Below, piece after piece: positions 42,601 through 51,171 of a stretch of DNA of 64,000 nt. A program made the position numbers and the translations under genes. The notes below the pieces were generated by a model. It ran no database searches. It was not told the origin of the DNA and worked only from the letters and a program-made list of their open reading frames with translations. Origin of the DNA: Lytechinus pictus (lineage: Eukaryota); contig NC_087245.1 of NCBI RefSeq assembly GCF_037042905.1, positions 7,318,001 to 7,382,000 of the forward strand, in the 5' to 3' direction. Numbering within the stretch: position 1 is the first letter of the stretch; every line of letters starts with the position of its first letter.

Positions 42601-45335
42601 TCAGTAGTCTAGAGATAAAGCATCTTTGTCTCTTGATTTTTCAGAAATCTGTTGCTATGGTATTGGTACAATACAGAAAAAACCCAGATCACATTACATT
42701 TACATGTACTCATTCAAAAAGGGATGGGCTATAGATATGACAAACTATTCCACTCAATCTAAAATATGGATTGTCCATGTATGTCCTTTCACTTTCCTTA
42801 CAACATAATGGACACGTGTATATACATCTTTGCTCCTTGTTTCTTTTATACAATGTGATAATGTACAGTATTTAATTCTGGTTTTACTGTGTCTTAATGA
42901 AGTCATGAAACATAAATTTATTTCTTGCAAGTCAATGTGTGTCTGTTGGGCTTTCCATGTCTTTGCATAATGAATTCATGTGAGATTGAAGTGTTTCATA
43001 TTGGGAATATTGATAAAGTGATAATGAGTATGTCAACTAACATAGTAGTTCTGTTATGTGTTATGTAGAGTGATGCACCCAACACAACATCAAACCAGCA
43101 GCCATATATAGCCACTGGACAGGAGGCAGCTACGGTAATTAATTTGATTTACCACATCATTCCTTGAGAAAGAAATTCACTTTCCAACAGTTGGTCTAAT
43201 TTAATGATTATGTTAACCACTTTATCAAACATCCATTGGTCTAATACCCGTTTGGTCAACTACCCCTTACTTGATCCAACCATCAATTGGTCTAATACCC
43301 ATTTGGTCTACTACCCTTCACTTGGTCCAACCAACATTGGTCTAATACCCATTTGGTCTACTACGTTTTACTTGATCCAACCATCTATTGGTCTTATACC
43401 CATTTGGTCTACTACCCTTCACTTGATCCAACCATCATTGGTCTAATACCCATTTGGTCTACTACCCTTTACTTGATCCAACCATCATTGGTCTTATACC
43501 CATTTGGTCTACTACCCTTTACTTGGTCCAACCATCATTGGTCTAATACCCATTTGGTCTACTACCCTTCACTTGGTCCAACCAACATTGGTCTAATACC
43601 CATTTGGTCTACTACGTTTTACTTGATCCAACCATCAATTGGTCTTATACCCATTTGGTCTACTACCCTTCACTTGATCCAACCATCATTGGTCTAATAC
43701 CCGTTTGGTCAACTACCCCTTACTTGATCCAACCATCATTGGTCTAATACCCATTTGGTCTACTACCCTTTACTTGATCCAACCATCAATTGGTCTTATA
43801 CCCATTTGGTCTTCTACCCTTCACTTGGTCCAACCATCATTGGTCTAATACCCATTTGGTCTACTACCCTTTTCTTGATCCAACCATCATTGGTCTAATA
43901 CCCATTTGGTCTACTACGTTTTACTTGATCCAACCATCAATTGGTCTTATACCCATTTGGTCTACTACCCTTCACTTGATCCAACCATCATTGGTCTAAT
44001 ACCCATTTGGTCTACTACCCTTCACTTGATCCAACCATCATTGGTCTAATACCCATTTGGTCTACTACCCTTTACTTGATCCAACCATCAATTGGTCTAA
44101 TACCCATTTGGTCTACTACCCTTCACTTGGCCAACCAACATTGGTCTAATACCCATTTGGTCTACTACGTTTTACTTGATCCAACCATCATTGGTCTTAT
44201 ACCCATTTGGTCTACTTCCCTTCACTTGATCCAACCATCATTGGTCTAATACCCATTTGGTCTACTACCCTTTACTTGATCCAACCATCAATTGGTCTTA
44301 TACCCATTTGGTCTTCTACCCTTCACTTGGTCCAACCATCATTGGTCTTATACCCATTTGGTCTACTACCCTTTTCTTGATCCAACCATCATTGGTCTAA
44401 TACCAATTTGGTCTACTTCCCTTTACTTGATCCGACCATCAATTGGACTGGTACCCATTTGGTCTACTACCCTTCACTTGGTCCAACCATCAATTGGTCT
44501 GATACCAATTTGGTTTACTACCTTTTACTTGACCCATCAATTGGTCTAATACCAATTTGGTCTACTACCTTTTACTTGATCCAACCGTCAATTGGTCTAA
44601 TTCTCATGTGGGTGATGTGTTTAATATCTATGGTTTAATTGTCAATGTATCTGGCTAATGATTTCAATCATGCACTCAAAAGTTATTCAAAAATTAATTT
44701 TGTTATGAAATGAGTCAAAAAAGATATTATAATGATACAATTACTTTCAATTGATTCTTCTGTCATGATTATTAAAGAAGGAAGATGAAACATTGCACTT
44801 TTATGGACTAAAATGCTTGTCAAGTCAGGAGGTAAACTTAGGATTAATGTATCTGAATATACCACATATTGTGATGGTTAGAGTTGTGATAGGGTTTTGT
44901 TATCAATACTTTGAGGATGAAGATTATGAGTTTTTGTTTGGCTGAATACGCTTCCTTAGGAATGATTGCAGCATGATCTAATGTCACATTATCACAAGAT
45001 GGTGAATAAAGACCAAATAGGTTTAAGAAAATGGCTAAAAAGACTAATGGTAATGCTTAATACAGAATAGCCTACAGGATAACAAGTAATAAAATTATGA
45101 TGAGGATTATATTTTGTTTGCTTAGGAATATTTATTTTATGAACAATAATCAAGAGTATTTAAAACATGCATATGAATATTGTTGAAGTAAAGAGTATAG
45201 AATTTTTAGTATGCAACCTTTGGAATGTTAATTATCTCATGTTCATTTATTGACATTTTATTTTGATTATATTATTTTTTGCCAACTTAGGTCTATGGTC
45301 ATCGTAATGTGGAAAATGAACCTGGATATTTCTGA
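359..45335 (+). CDS. 5'-truncated multi-exon gene: hyalin-like/mucin-like type I membrane protein (43xHYR, SEA-like, EGF, cbEGF, SEA, EGF, TM, cytoplasmic tail); 55 coding exons, ~4070 aa in window
   Basis: All exons bounded by AG/GT with matching phases; summed exon length 12212 nt plus 1 upstream phase base = 4071 codons ending in TGA at 45333-45335; HYR consensus DxxPPxxxCP...VxW..P.A.DN.G...F.G.T.V.Y.A.D..GN...C.F.V.V. Confidence 0.9.
1211..1450 (+). CDS. HYR exon 2
   Basis: ccag|AT..AG|gtaag; 240 nt, phase 1-1. Confidence 0.92.
1670..1819. mobile_element. Short MITE, PIF/Harbinger-like (related copies at ~2388-2526, ~5630-5820, ~48221-48402)
   Basis: Degenerate terminal inverted motifs ctggg..gtttcat / atgaaacaccctcctg recur in several introns. 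Confidence 0.5.
2113..2361 (+). CDS. HYR exon 3
   Basis: gcag|AT..G|gtagg; 249 nt. Confidence 0.92.
3054..3293 (+). CDS. HYR exon 4
   Basis: acag|AT..CAG|gtatg; 240 nt. Confidence 0.92.
3681..3923 (+). CDS. HYR exon 5
   Basis: gcag|AT..G|gtgag; 243 nt. Confidence 0.92.
4284..4526 (+). CDS. HYR exon 6
   Basis: acag|AT..G|gtaag; 243 nt. Confidence 0.92.
5205..5447 (+). CDS. HYR exon 7
   Basis: ccag|AT..G|gtagg; 243 nt. Confidence 0.92.
6445..6690 (+). CDS. HYR exon 8 (correct frame missing from ORF track)
   Basis: acag|AT..G|gtaaa; DDEPPVLQGCDFGDIIQEADAA...CSFNISVL; 246 nt. Confidence 0.92.
6977..7216 (+). CDS. HYR exon 9
   Basis: gcag|AT..G|gtaag; 240 nt. Confidence 0.92.
7545..7668. repeat. 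(CTT/CCT)n polypyrimidine microsatellite
   Basis: Visible directly. Confidence 0.85.
7734..7979 (+). CDS. HYR exon 10
   Basis: gcag|AT..AG|gtaag; 246 nt. Confidence 0.92.
8254..8496 (+). CDS. HYR exon 11
   Basis: tcag|AT..AAG|gtatt; 243 nt. Confidence 0.92.
8783..9257 (+). mobile_element. Non-autonomous Helentron/HINE-like element
   Basis: 5' ttttgtctcgcctgcat with subterminal inverted copy atgcaggcgag(gcgag)ac at 9218-9235; ends cttgtt; internal aggtca repeats. Confidence 0.6.
9328..9570 (+). CDS. HYR exon 12
   Basis: tcag|AC..GAG|gtaat; 243 nt. Confidence 0.92.
10597..10839 (+). CDS. HYR exon 13
   Basis: ccag|AT..G|gtaag; 243 nt. Confidence 0.92.
11682..12816 (+). mobile_element. Helitron/Helentron-like element with internal tandem repeats
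   Basis: GTCT/GTCC microrepeat near the 5' end; repeated aaatgcttcttc and gaggttcaccaaacttctac units; 3' hairpin cacatca-t-tgatgtg followed by CTAGTT. Confidence 0.6.
12924..13163 (+). CDS. HYR exon 14
   Basis: gtag|AT..CAG|gtgag; 240 nt. Confidence 0.92.
13499..13744 (+). CDS. HYR exon 15
   Basis: acag|AC..G|gtgag; 246 nt. Confidence 0.92.
13955..14200 (+). CDS. HYR exon 16
   Basis: acag|AT..AAG|gtagg; 246 nt. Confidence 0.92.
14817..15056 (+). CDS. HYR exon 17
   Basis: acag|AC..AAG|gtttg; 240 nt. Confidence 0.9.
15603..15845 (+). CDS. HYR exon 18
   Basis: gcag|AT..G|gtaag; 243 nt. Confidence 0.92.
16308..16550 (+). CDS. HYR exon 19
   Basis: acag|AT..CAG|gtaac; 243 nt. Confidence 0.92.
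16897..17139 (+). CDS. HYR exon 20
   Basis: gcag|AT..AG|gtgag; 243 nt. Confidence 0.92.
17532..17774 (+). CDS. HYR exon 21
   Basis: ccag|AT..G|gtaag; 243 nt. Confidence 0.92.
18283..18522 (+). CDS. HYR exon 22
   Basis: ctag|AT..AG|gtgag; 240 nt. Confidence 0.92.
18976..19218 (+). CDS. HYR exon 23
   Basis: atag|AT..G|gtgag; 243 nt. Confidence 0.92.
19816..20061 (+). CDS. HYR exon 24
   Basis: tcag|AT..G|gtgag; 246 nt. Confidence 0.92.
20439..20684 (+). CDS. HYR exon 25
   Basis: acag|AC..AG|gtaac; 246 nt. Confidence 0.92.
21216..21458 (+). CDS. HYR exon 26
   Basis: ttag|AT..AAG|gtgag; 243 nt. Confidence 0.92.
22492..22737 (+). CDS. HYR exon 27
   Basis: acag|AT..G|gtagg; 246 nt. Confidence 0.92.
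22864..23586 (+). repeat. 360-bp tandem duplication in intron 27
   Basis: aagcaaatgtttagtgctataaagcaa at 22864 and 23224; both copies end ttttcattttctctttgca. Confidence 0.92.
23587..23829 (+). CDS. HYR exon 28
   Basis: gcag|AT..AG|gtcag; 243 nt. Confidence 0.92.
24332..24574 (+). CDS. HYR exon 29
   Basis: acag|AT..G|gtaag; 243 nt. Confidence 0.92.
25339..25575 (+). CDS. HYR exon 30 (weak AAG acceptor)
   Basis: caag|AC..AG|gtcag; 237 nt. Confidence 0.85.
25828..26055 (+). CDS. HYR exon 31 (shortened)
   Basis: ccag|AT..G|gtacg; 228 nt. Confidence 0.9.
26066..26400 (-). mobile_element. Degenerate 3' fragment of an RTE-clade LINE
   Basis: Minus-strand frameshifted translation YGHVLR...VLRRKVVEFQMNGQRVKG...KKTW...ESRRVGLK...AWNRAK resembles the RTE C-terminal W.GH..R / GRP...W / A.DR motif series. 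Confidence 0.55.
26683..26922 (+). CDS. HYR exon 32
   Basis: acag|CC..AT|gtgag; 240 nt. Confidence 0.9.
27385..27639 (+). CDS. HYR exon 33
   Basis: ccag|TA..AG|gtata; 255 nt (an alternative in-frame AAG acceptor lies 6 nt downstream). Confidence 0.87.
27920..28162 (+). CDS. HYR exon 34
   Basis: ccag|AG..CAG|gtaat; 243 nt. Confidence 0.92.
28508..28747 (+). CDS. HYR exon 35
   Basis: acag|AC..C|gtaag; 240 nt. Confidence 0.92.
29336..29581 (+). CDS. HYR exon 36
   Basis: acag|AG..G|gtaag; 246 nt. Confidence 0.92.
29720..29885 (+). mobile_element. Possible SINE core fragment
   Basis: gctgcactctacccagctgaggtgaatggatacc resembles metazoan SINE core boxes; degenerate. Confidence 0.3.
30758..30997 (+). 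CDS. HYR exon 37
   Basis: atag|AT..AG|gtaag; 240 nt. Confidence 0.92.
31236..31478 (+). CDS. HYR exon 38
   Basis: tcag|AG..G|gtagg; 243 nt. Confidence 0.92.
31640..31882 (+). CDS. HYR exon 39 (absent from ORF track)
   Basis: ctag|AC..CAG|gtagg; DQEDPVLLNCP...VTWTPPTATDNSG...CSFIITVS; 243 nt. Confidence 0.92.
32203..32442 (+). CDS. HYR exon 40
   Basis: acag|AG..G|gtaag; 240 nt. Confidence 0.92.
32661..32903 (+). CDS. HYR exon 41
   Basis: ttag|AC..CAG|gttag; 243 nt. Confidence 0.92.
33318..33560 (+). CDS. HYR exon 42
   Basis: gtag|TT..G|gtatg; 243 nt. Confidence 0.92.
33842..34096 (+). CDS. HYR exon 43 (last HYR)
   Basis: tcag|AT..CCA|gtaag; 255 nt. Confidence 0.9.
34433..34539 (+). CDS. 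SEA-like domain 1, N-terminal exon
   Basis: ccag|GC..GAT|gtaag; phase 1-0; LSQFEANLKLNRI...ASKLRDD. Confidence 0.8.
35001..35235 (+). CDS. SEA-like domain 1, C-terminal exon
   Basis: acag|CTT..T|gtaag; phase 0-1; LENLFRQSSVSTYFAGVQITS...YLLTLYF. Confidence 0.82.
35571..35687 (+). CDS. EGF-like exon
   Basis: CSSTPCQNFATCIDLNRVDFECTCTSAYTGTLC; six Cys; phase 1-1. Confidence 0.92.
36001..36120 (+). CDS. Calcium-binding EGF exon (not in ORF track)
   Basis: DVNECLNNPCGVNQDCNNNIGSYTCQCSEGFTIVGDQC; DxNE and CxNxxGSYxC motifs; phase 1-1. Confidence 0.92.
36620..36747 (+). CDS. SEA domain 2, N-terminal exon
   Basis: FSSDLNDENSAAYTNLESKV is a typical SEA helix-1 motif; phase 1-0. Confidence 0.88.
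37272..37488 (+). CDS. SEA domain 2, C-terminal exon with FASGSIKV motif (not in ORF track)
   Basis: LDGIYNGTTGYLGSGVISFASGSIKVEYELLF; phase 0-1. Confidence 0.88.
38025..38097 (+). CDS. Juxtamembrane EGF, Cys1-4 exon
   Basis: ctag|AA..AT|gtaag; ELCPADYCGNNGVCVITVGLQSLC; phase 1-2. Confidence 0.88.
38375..38891 (+). CDS. EGF Cys5-6, transmembrane helix and proximal cytoplasmic tail
   Basis: ccag|C TGT..AGG|gtaag; CDTNFEGDQC; TM IIVLIVAAGLLVVIVIVLLALCFFIM; PPPSY. Confidence 0.9.
39001..41283. repeat. Intronic minisatellite, 47-bp unit (63-bp variants), ~45 copies
   Basis: Unit atcatagacaagccaatggggcaacaggaatgctgcataatgccttt; optional 16-bp insert atcatggtcagtcttt. Confidence 0.97.
41815..41877 (+). 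CDS. Cytoplasmic tail microexon (DDDVNIHQLYADRRGNDPQLI)
   Basis: tcag|GAT..ATT|gtaagt; 63 nt, phase 0-0, open frame. Confidence 0.72.
42495..42566 (+). CDS. Cytoplasmic tail microexon (PEDHESSNDTSQNSNPADVVRDSM)
   Basis: atag|CCT..ATG|gtaat; 72 nt, phase 0-0. Confidence 0.7.
43069..43134 (+). CDS. Cytoplasmic tail microexon (SDAPNTTSNQQPYIATGQEAAT)
   Basis: gtag|AGT..ACG|gtaat; 66 nt, phase 0-0. Confidence 0.72.
43232..44600. repeat. Intronic minisatellite, 50/51-bp unit, ~27 copies
   Basis: Unit ttggtctaatacccatttggtctactaccctttacttgatccaaccatca. Confidence 0.97.
45291..45335 (+). CDS. Last coding exon (VYGHRNVENEPGYF*)
   Basis: Long T-rich tract then ttag|GTC; TGA at 45333; a donor gtaagt follows at 45349. 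Confidence 0.68.
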   Translation, partial: VYGHRNVENEPGYF

Positions 45336-46173
45336 GCAAAGATAGATGGTAAGTAAAGATCAGCAATAGAAGCATTGATTATTTTGATAGGAAAATATAC
45401 AGTCATTTTTAAAGTTGCCACATTGGAATGAAATTCAGATGTTTTAAAAAAGTTGCCTTTGTTTCCTGTGTAGTAGCCAAACAAAATCAAATGGAAACTG
45501 TATGGCATCTTAACAGTGACCACAGCCAAGGTCTTTTATGTAGGAATCCTTTATCCTTACATCATCATAGACACCACAAAACAATAGGGGAATTGAGGAT
45601 CGCTACTGTGAAAGAAGCATAGCGCCTAGCAGCATTCGTGCTTATAAAGGTGCAGCAAAGACCTCAGTTGATGAGTTCAGTATTGATAATAATTACCTAT
45701 ACAAGGCATTTTAGCAGGTAAATAAAAGTCATCTTTCGCTCGCTACTTTCAATCCGAGAGCAACAGGGTTAACATTTTGCCCTCCCTGGGCTTTGCCCAT
45801 ATGATTAGTGTACCGAAACAGAGGGCAACATTGGCCATATCTCTGCTAGTGCAGTAAGAGCCGATTTTGATCACTAATTTCAGTATTTGAGAAATCTGGT
45901 TGGAACCAGTTTGTGAACCAAAGCATTGTAGATAATGTGCGGCGCAGCCAGTGCATATGCATTCCCAGCTGATATTTACGTGTTAAGTGTATGTGCGCGC
46001 CATGCATGATGGGCGACTGCGCGGTAACAATTTACGTCACAATTGCTTAGCAAGGATTACTTCGCCAAGTTCGTGATTAACCTGACATCAGAAGTAGTGC
46101 TAAGCAAACAGGCATATAAATTGTTCAAAATAATCCCTTGAATTAAAAATTATACAGCTGTCAGTAATAATAA

Positions 46174-46300
46174 TAATATTGACTGGCTCTTCTTTCGGGA
46201 AACATCAAATATATTGCCCTTAATAGAACCATTAAAGACTCGTGTCAATATGATTTGCGGGCAACATGTTTGATGTACCCCTCAAGGCCAGTCAATATTA
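46174..46300. repeat. Small inverted repeat / MITE
   Basis: taatattgactggc...catcaaatatattgccc versus gggcaacatgtttgatg...gccagtcaatatta. Confidence 0.7.
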
Positions 46301-46479
46301 TATGAATATACTCTAAAATGCTAAATATTCAATTACATGTATCATGCTAACTAAATTATAAACCATGTAAGATCAGTATGATTTGATTATTCAATCAGTC
46401 TCATCATCATCTACATTTCTCAATAGGTCAGGCGGATACCTTATTAATATACCTTGTCTGTTTCTCTCTTATATTATAG

Positions 46480-48194
46480 CAATTGTGTCATCTGATAATG
46501 AATGTTACATAAAGTAGATGAGATGTTGAAAAGCTGATGGACAGGGAAGCTCTCCTCTCTCTGGGTTGAACAGCGACGGTTCAAAGGTCATCTATACAAA
46601 TCAGGCTGAATTCGTATTAAAAACAATTTTTATGGCTTTCTTAATTGACAGTACTAATATTTTTGCATTAAAAGTATTCATACATCTATCATGCTTATTT
46701 TTTTATAGAAATATATTTTGTAATAGACATTAAGATATTCTTCAAACCAAAGTCTGATGCATTGTGCTTTTCTATGTACCAAAGAGCTGCCAAATTGTTG
46801 AATTTGTAGAAAATAATTTGGAAAAGTGCGAGAAAAAAGCGCTATTACTGATACATGCGTAATTGACATGATTTTATTTAGGTTAGATTTTACATTATTT
46901 ATTTCTGAGTAAGATTTTTAAATGGAGGTGCTTTTTTAATAAAGGTAGAATTAAAAATCATTCACACAACAAACAACTCATGAGAATAAACAAGTAAACA
47001 TTTTCACTCTTCTCTTTCTCCCTTTCTCTCTCTTGTGATTTATTTATGATGGTAATATTTATTCAACATATCATATATGATGAGCTCATGAAAGAAAAAA
47101 GGCACGAAACAAATTTTGATTACTATGATATATGTAAAATGATCACCTTTGAGAAAACCTGGAAACTCTCATCATACTCTCTTACATCACTGTTAAATGA
47201 TAGATATCATCTGTCCTTATATATCTTCACTTGTAAAAGAGATATATTCCCTTGAAAATATAGTATAGCTTAAAAAGTGAACTTTGGTTTAAGAAAACAA
47301 ACGATTGTATTGCCTTTGTGTTGACGCTCATGTCTTTTCAAGACTAATATGTGAAATGTTAAAGAATTAACTTGTGCAAATAATCTTGTGATTTGTGTCA
47401 AGGTAATTTACAAATAATAGTTTCAACTTTTTAATTCTAGATTTTTGCAATGTTACAATGTAATTTGTCTTCATAGGAGACATTTTTTTGCAATTTCAGG
47501 AATCCATGAATGCTTATGCAATATTTAGTATGCTGCTACTGGTGAACTTTTACAACCTTTTCTCCTTTCCATTGTTTTTAACATGTTTAAAATGATTCAT
47601 TTTGCATGTTCTTTAAATAAAAAACTTCATTGTTCTTTTAAAGTGTGTTTGATATGTGACACGGGATTATTCATACCTCCTCCACAAATGCGCTCACAGT
47701 TTTTTTATACAGAACTTTGCATATGATTTATATCTTGAGTCATACAAGTTTAAAGATATGTTCCATCACTGTTTGTCTGTCTCGTTTTAAAGAAAAGCTT
47801 TATGAAACATGTTAATGTGTGCTGTCATGCCAATGATGTTACTATTTTGTATTTGATTTTAATGTAGATCTTTTTATGTATACTTCTACTCAGAAAGATT
47901 AATTAGTTTTAGATTTTCCTTTGTATGTATGAAAAATATTAACCTATGAGGTACTTTATGGATATTACTCTTTTTAACTATGAATAATAAATATCTATAT
48001 ATATTGGTGACTTCGCTCTATTCTTCTTCATTGTTCAAATGTATTCTATTTTTTATTCATGTTTATGATTGCTCAGGGTAACTTTGGTATTCTGTGAGGT
48101 GTTTCATCATTGTTTTCTGATTTTATATTTGATATTTATATACTATTTGTGTTTCAGAAATATGTGTCATTTGATATGTAATGTGATGAATAAA
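46480..48194 (+). other. Probable terminal 3' UTR exon of the HYR gene
   Basis: Pyrimidine-rich acceptor tttctctcttatattatag at 46461-46479; AU-rich tract with several AATAAA, last at 48189-48194. Confidence 0.4.
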
Positions 48195-48544
48195 TGAGAT
48201 TATAAATGAAATCATACTGATCAGGGTAGTTTGTTCATTTTCAACAATTGTTCGAATTTATCATTAAGACTTACAACTATCTTATAAATTTTCTATGATT
48301 GTAACATCTATGAAAACCTCGATAGTGATTGGTGGCTGAAACTCTATTACCATGATGGTAGTTGCCATAATGGCAAAGATACAATAGTTATCATGCCCCT
48401 GGTCTGTGTCTTTGCTAAATCAAGAAATCCAATCCATTGAGTATTTTGCTTCACAATTTGCCAAATTAGATAAACAGTGTTCAGCTTATATTGGTACATT
48501 TTGTGGGACAGAATAAAGATTAGATATGAAAGTGTCAAGGGAAG

Positions 48545-48814
48545 ATAGATGACAGGAAAGAGAGGAGGGACAGAAGAGAGGGGAGATAGGTCCAGGGGGG
48601 GCAGAAGAGAGTCTTAGGTCCAGGGGGAGGGGGGGCAGAAAAGAGAAAGAAAGGGGAGATAGAGTCATATGTCCAGGGGGGCAGAAAAGAGAAAGAGGGG
48701 AGATAGAGTCATAGGTCCAGGGGGGCAGAAAAGAGAAAGAGAGGGGAGATATAGTCATAGGTCCAGGGGGGTAGAAAAGAGAGGGGAGATAGAGTCATTG
48801 GTCCAGGGGGGGGG
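48545..48814. repeat. Purine-rich ~45-bp tandem repeat with G runs
   Basis: Unit ggtccagggggggcagaaaagagaaagaggggagatagagtcata, about 5 copies. Confidence 0.85.
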
Positions 48815-50114
48815 CTTTAACACACACAACAATTGGTTATCAAAACCACCAAGAAATGTACATTTTCATGTGTAAAAATGTGTGTAACGTCTATTCCAAT
48901 GTGTTTTCTATATATGTACCTCGCAAGGAACGTATTTAAGAGGTATTCCAGGCTGAAAATTATCTATATAGAGTAAAATTCACGAATTAAAACACTAGAA
49001 ATTACATTAAATTTGTAAGCCTTTTTTAAACAATTAAATGCTTGCCGTCATTAATGCAAGAGATGATCTGATGTCAAGTCCCAACTTTTTTTCTATACAC
49101 GAATCAATAGTTACATCATATTATCATGTCTCCCTAAAATAAGTTACAGCAACGATTATCTTTCAAAGTAAGCAGTAGCTAGTCGATCCAATCTTTCCAA
49201 TTATTAGATAACAAAATTTCCCGAGAACGAAATTTGAATGAATATAACTTCTTATAATAAACTAAAAAAGAATAAGGTAATTTGACACCATAGACTTGCT
49301 AATTGCTTTGGTGTGAAAAAGTTGAAAGATGTTGATCTCTGTGACTGAGGAGGAAAAAGAAGTAGATCAAAGCAGTAAAAAAAGGGAAGAGGTAAGAGAA
49401 TAAGGGGAGATCGAGGGGAAAGTGAATTAAGAAAATAAAGATATGTACAAATATAAAGTAAGAAGAAATGGAATGAGAAGAAAATAGCAGAGAATGAATG
49501 GAAGAAGGAAAAGAATATGATGTCATCATGGAGATGATGGAGAGATAGATGAAAAGAGAGATTAATACGTACAGTTAATACGCTAATTTAACAAAGCCAT
49601 ATCACAACTATACAGTTATCATATTAGCTCAAACCCTAGTTATGGGCGGCGCTATATTATCAAATATGCGGGAAATATCACTCAAAAGTGAATTTAGTTC
49701 TTTTTATCATAAAAAAATATTATCCTCTCTTCATTTGAAGTTCTTCTTTTTCTTTCTCTACCGCCCCCGCCCCCCCCCCCCCCTTGTTTTAAGGTCAAGT
49801 CCACGGTTTTGAAAGTGGGCGGGGGACTGACCATATCATGCAAACAATCGCAATCAGATTGTCATTTACTTACGTTTTTGTGCACATCAATCGGTTTTGG
49901 ACCCGACCCCCCCCCCCCCCCCCCCCCCCCCCCATGCATGCATGCCCCCGCGGTCCACATGCAGCTAGCCCCTGATAGGCCGAATTCGCTGAAAATTAAA
50001 AAAAAAGTACTTATTCCAGCCATACGTACAGCAATCATTCGTGTCATGATTGATGTCACTTTTGGTTCTATTGTTTGATTTACCCAGTATTTTAAGTTCA
50101 CAGATTTGAAAACA

Positions 50115-50947
50115 AGGGGTGGTATTCTGAGATCCATTTTATCTCAGATAAAATAAAATATTTTATCTCCGTTAAAATCAGAAAGATAAAATACCCTTAA
50201 AATCTCTCCGAATCGGTATTCTGAGAACAATTTTAACTTCATTTTATCTCTGTAAGACACACCTATTTCAAAATCAATATCCAATTGGAAACGCGCTTTT
50301 ATAGCTCTCTCATATCACTCAACCAATGGAAATCCATTCCACCAGGAGGTGTGGCAAAGGAGTGACATTGCGTCAATTTTTTGACTTCAAATACGCTTGC
50401 ACTATACGCTTGCGCGTCTTTACAGAGATTTCTTTTTTAAAAAATGACAATACTCTAATCTTTTTTTCGAAGTCTATATCGCATCTTTTCAAGCATCATT
50501 TCAAAGACGATATTAGTCAAGAAAAGTCTTATGAAATACTTCCTGATTGTACAGGAATAACGTTAAGGTGTTGTTCTCAATAAATATATAATTTTTCTTC
50601 ATTTTCATGTCAACATTTGGAGTAAATTCACCTAGAAAGAATGATGAAATCAACGTCGCGGAGATAAAATAGCGCCGACCCTCTTTTAAGTTTATTTTAT
50701 TTTTTCTTCAAAGTAACGTGGGCGCAAGCACATCATTCGCGTTGCAATGGCCAGATACGCGATGGGTATGTCTACGCAGGCATTGTTCTGCTGCGTATCA
50801 TCTATAGATACGCAAGATAAAATTTATATGCAAGATAAAATTGAAAATTTTATCTGAGAGATAAAATGTCATCTCAGAATACCAATTTCATTTTAAGAGA
50901 TAAAATCAAATATTTTAAAGATAAAATGACCTCAGAATACCGCCCCT
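50115..50947. mobile_element. MITE with 17-bp TIRs and subterminal agataaaat repeats
   Basis: aggggtggtattctgag ... ctcagaataccgcccct (1 mismatch). Confidence 0.78.
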
Positions 50948-51009
50948 GGATTGAAAATGTTTTTAAAAATCCGGATCGTGACTGCGCGGATACACGGTAA
51001 TGTAGTTCA

Positions 51010-51171
51010 CCGCAAGGTCTATATTATAGGAGCGTGGTCACGAGGTAATATGTGGGCGTGGTATATATATCGCATCGCGTTATATAGCGCGCGATCGAGC
51101 TAGGCGCTAACGTTAGATTGCATCCAAGCAAACAAGGCTTGATATTTCGTGCAAATGCAATTTCTGTAAGT
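51010..51171 (+). promoter_or_regulatory. Candidate promoter and non-coding exon 1 of gene 2
   Basis: Local CpG enrichment, GC box gggcgtgg at ~51054, TATA-like tracts, donor CT|gtaagt at 51166. Confidence 0.4.

Noticed and set aside
39001..44600. CRISPR-like appearance of the two regular arrays
   Set aside because: Units are head-to-tail with no unique spacers, there are no cas genes, and the context is a eukaryotic intron; they are minisatellites
39488..44638. Short repetitive ORFs (MLHNAFI..., MVYYPSLDP...)
   Set aside because: Translations of minisatellites with frequent stops and no splice support
359..45335. Naming the gene hyalin or EBR1
   Set aside because: The SEA-EGF-TM end and the absence of TSP1/CUB domains in the window do not allow assignment without a search
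45321..45335. PDZ-binding C-terminus (EPGYF)
   Set aside because: The -2 residue is Gly, which does not fit class I-III consensus
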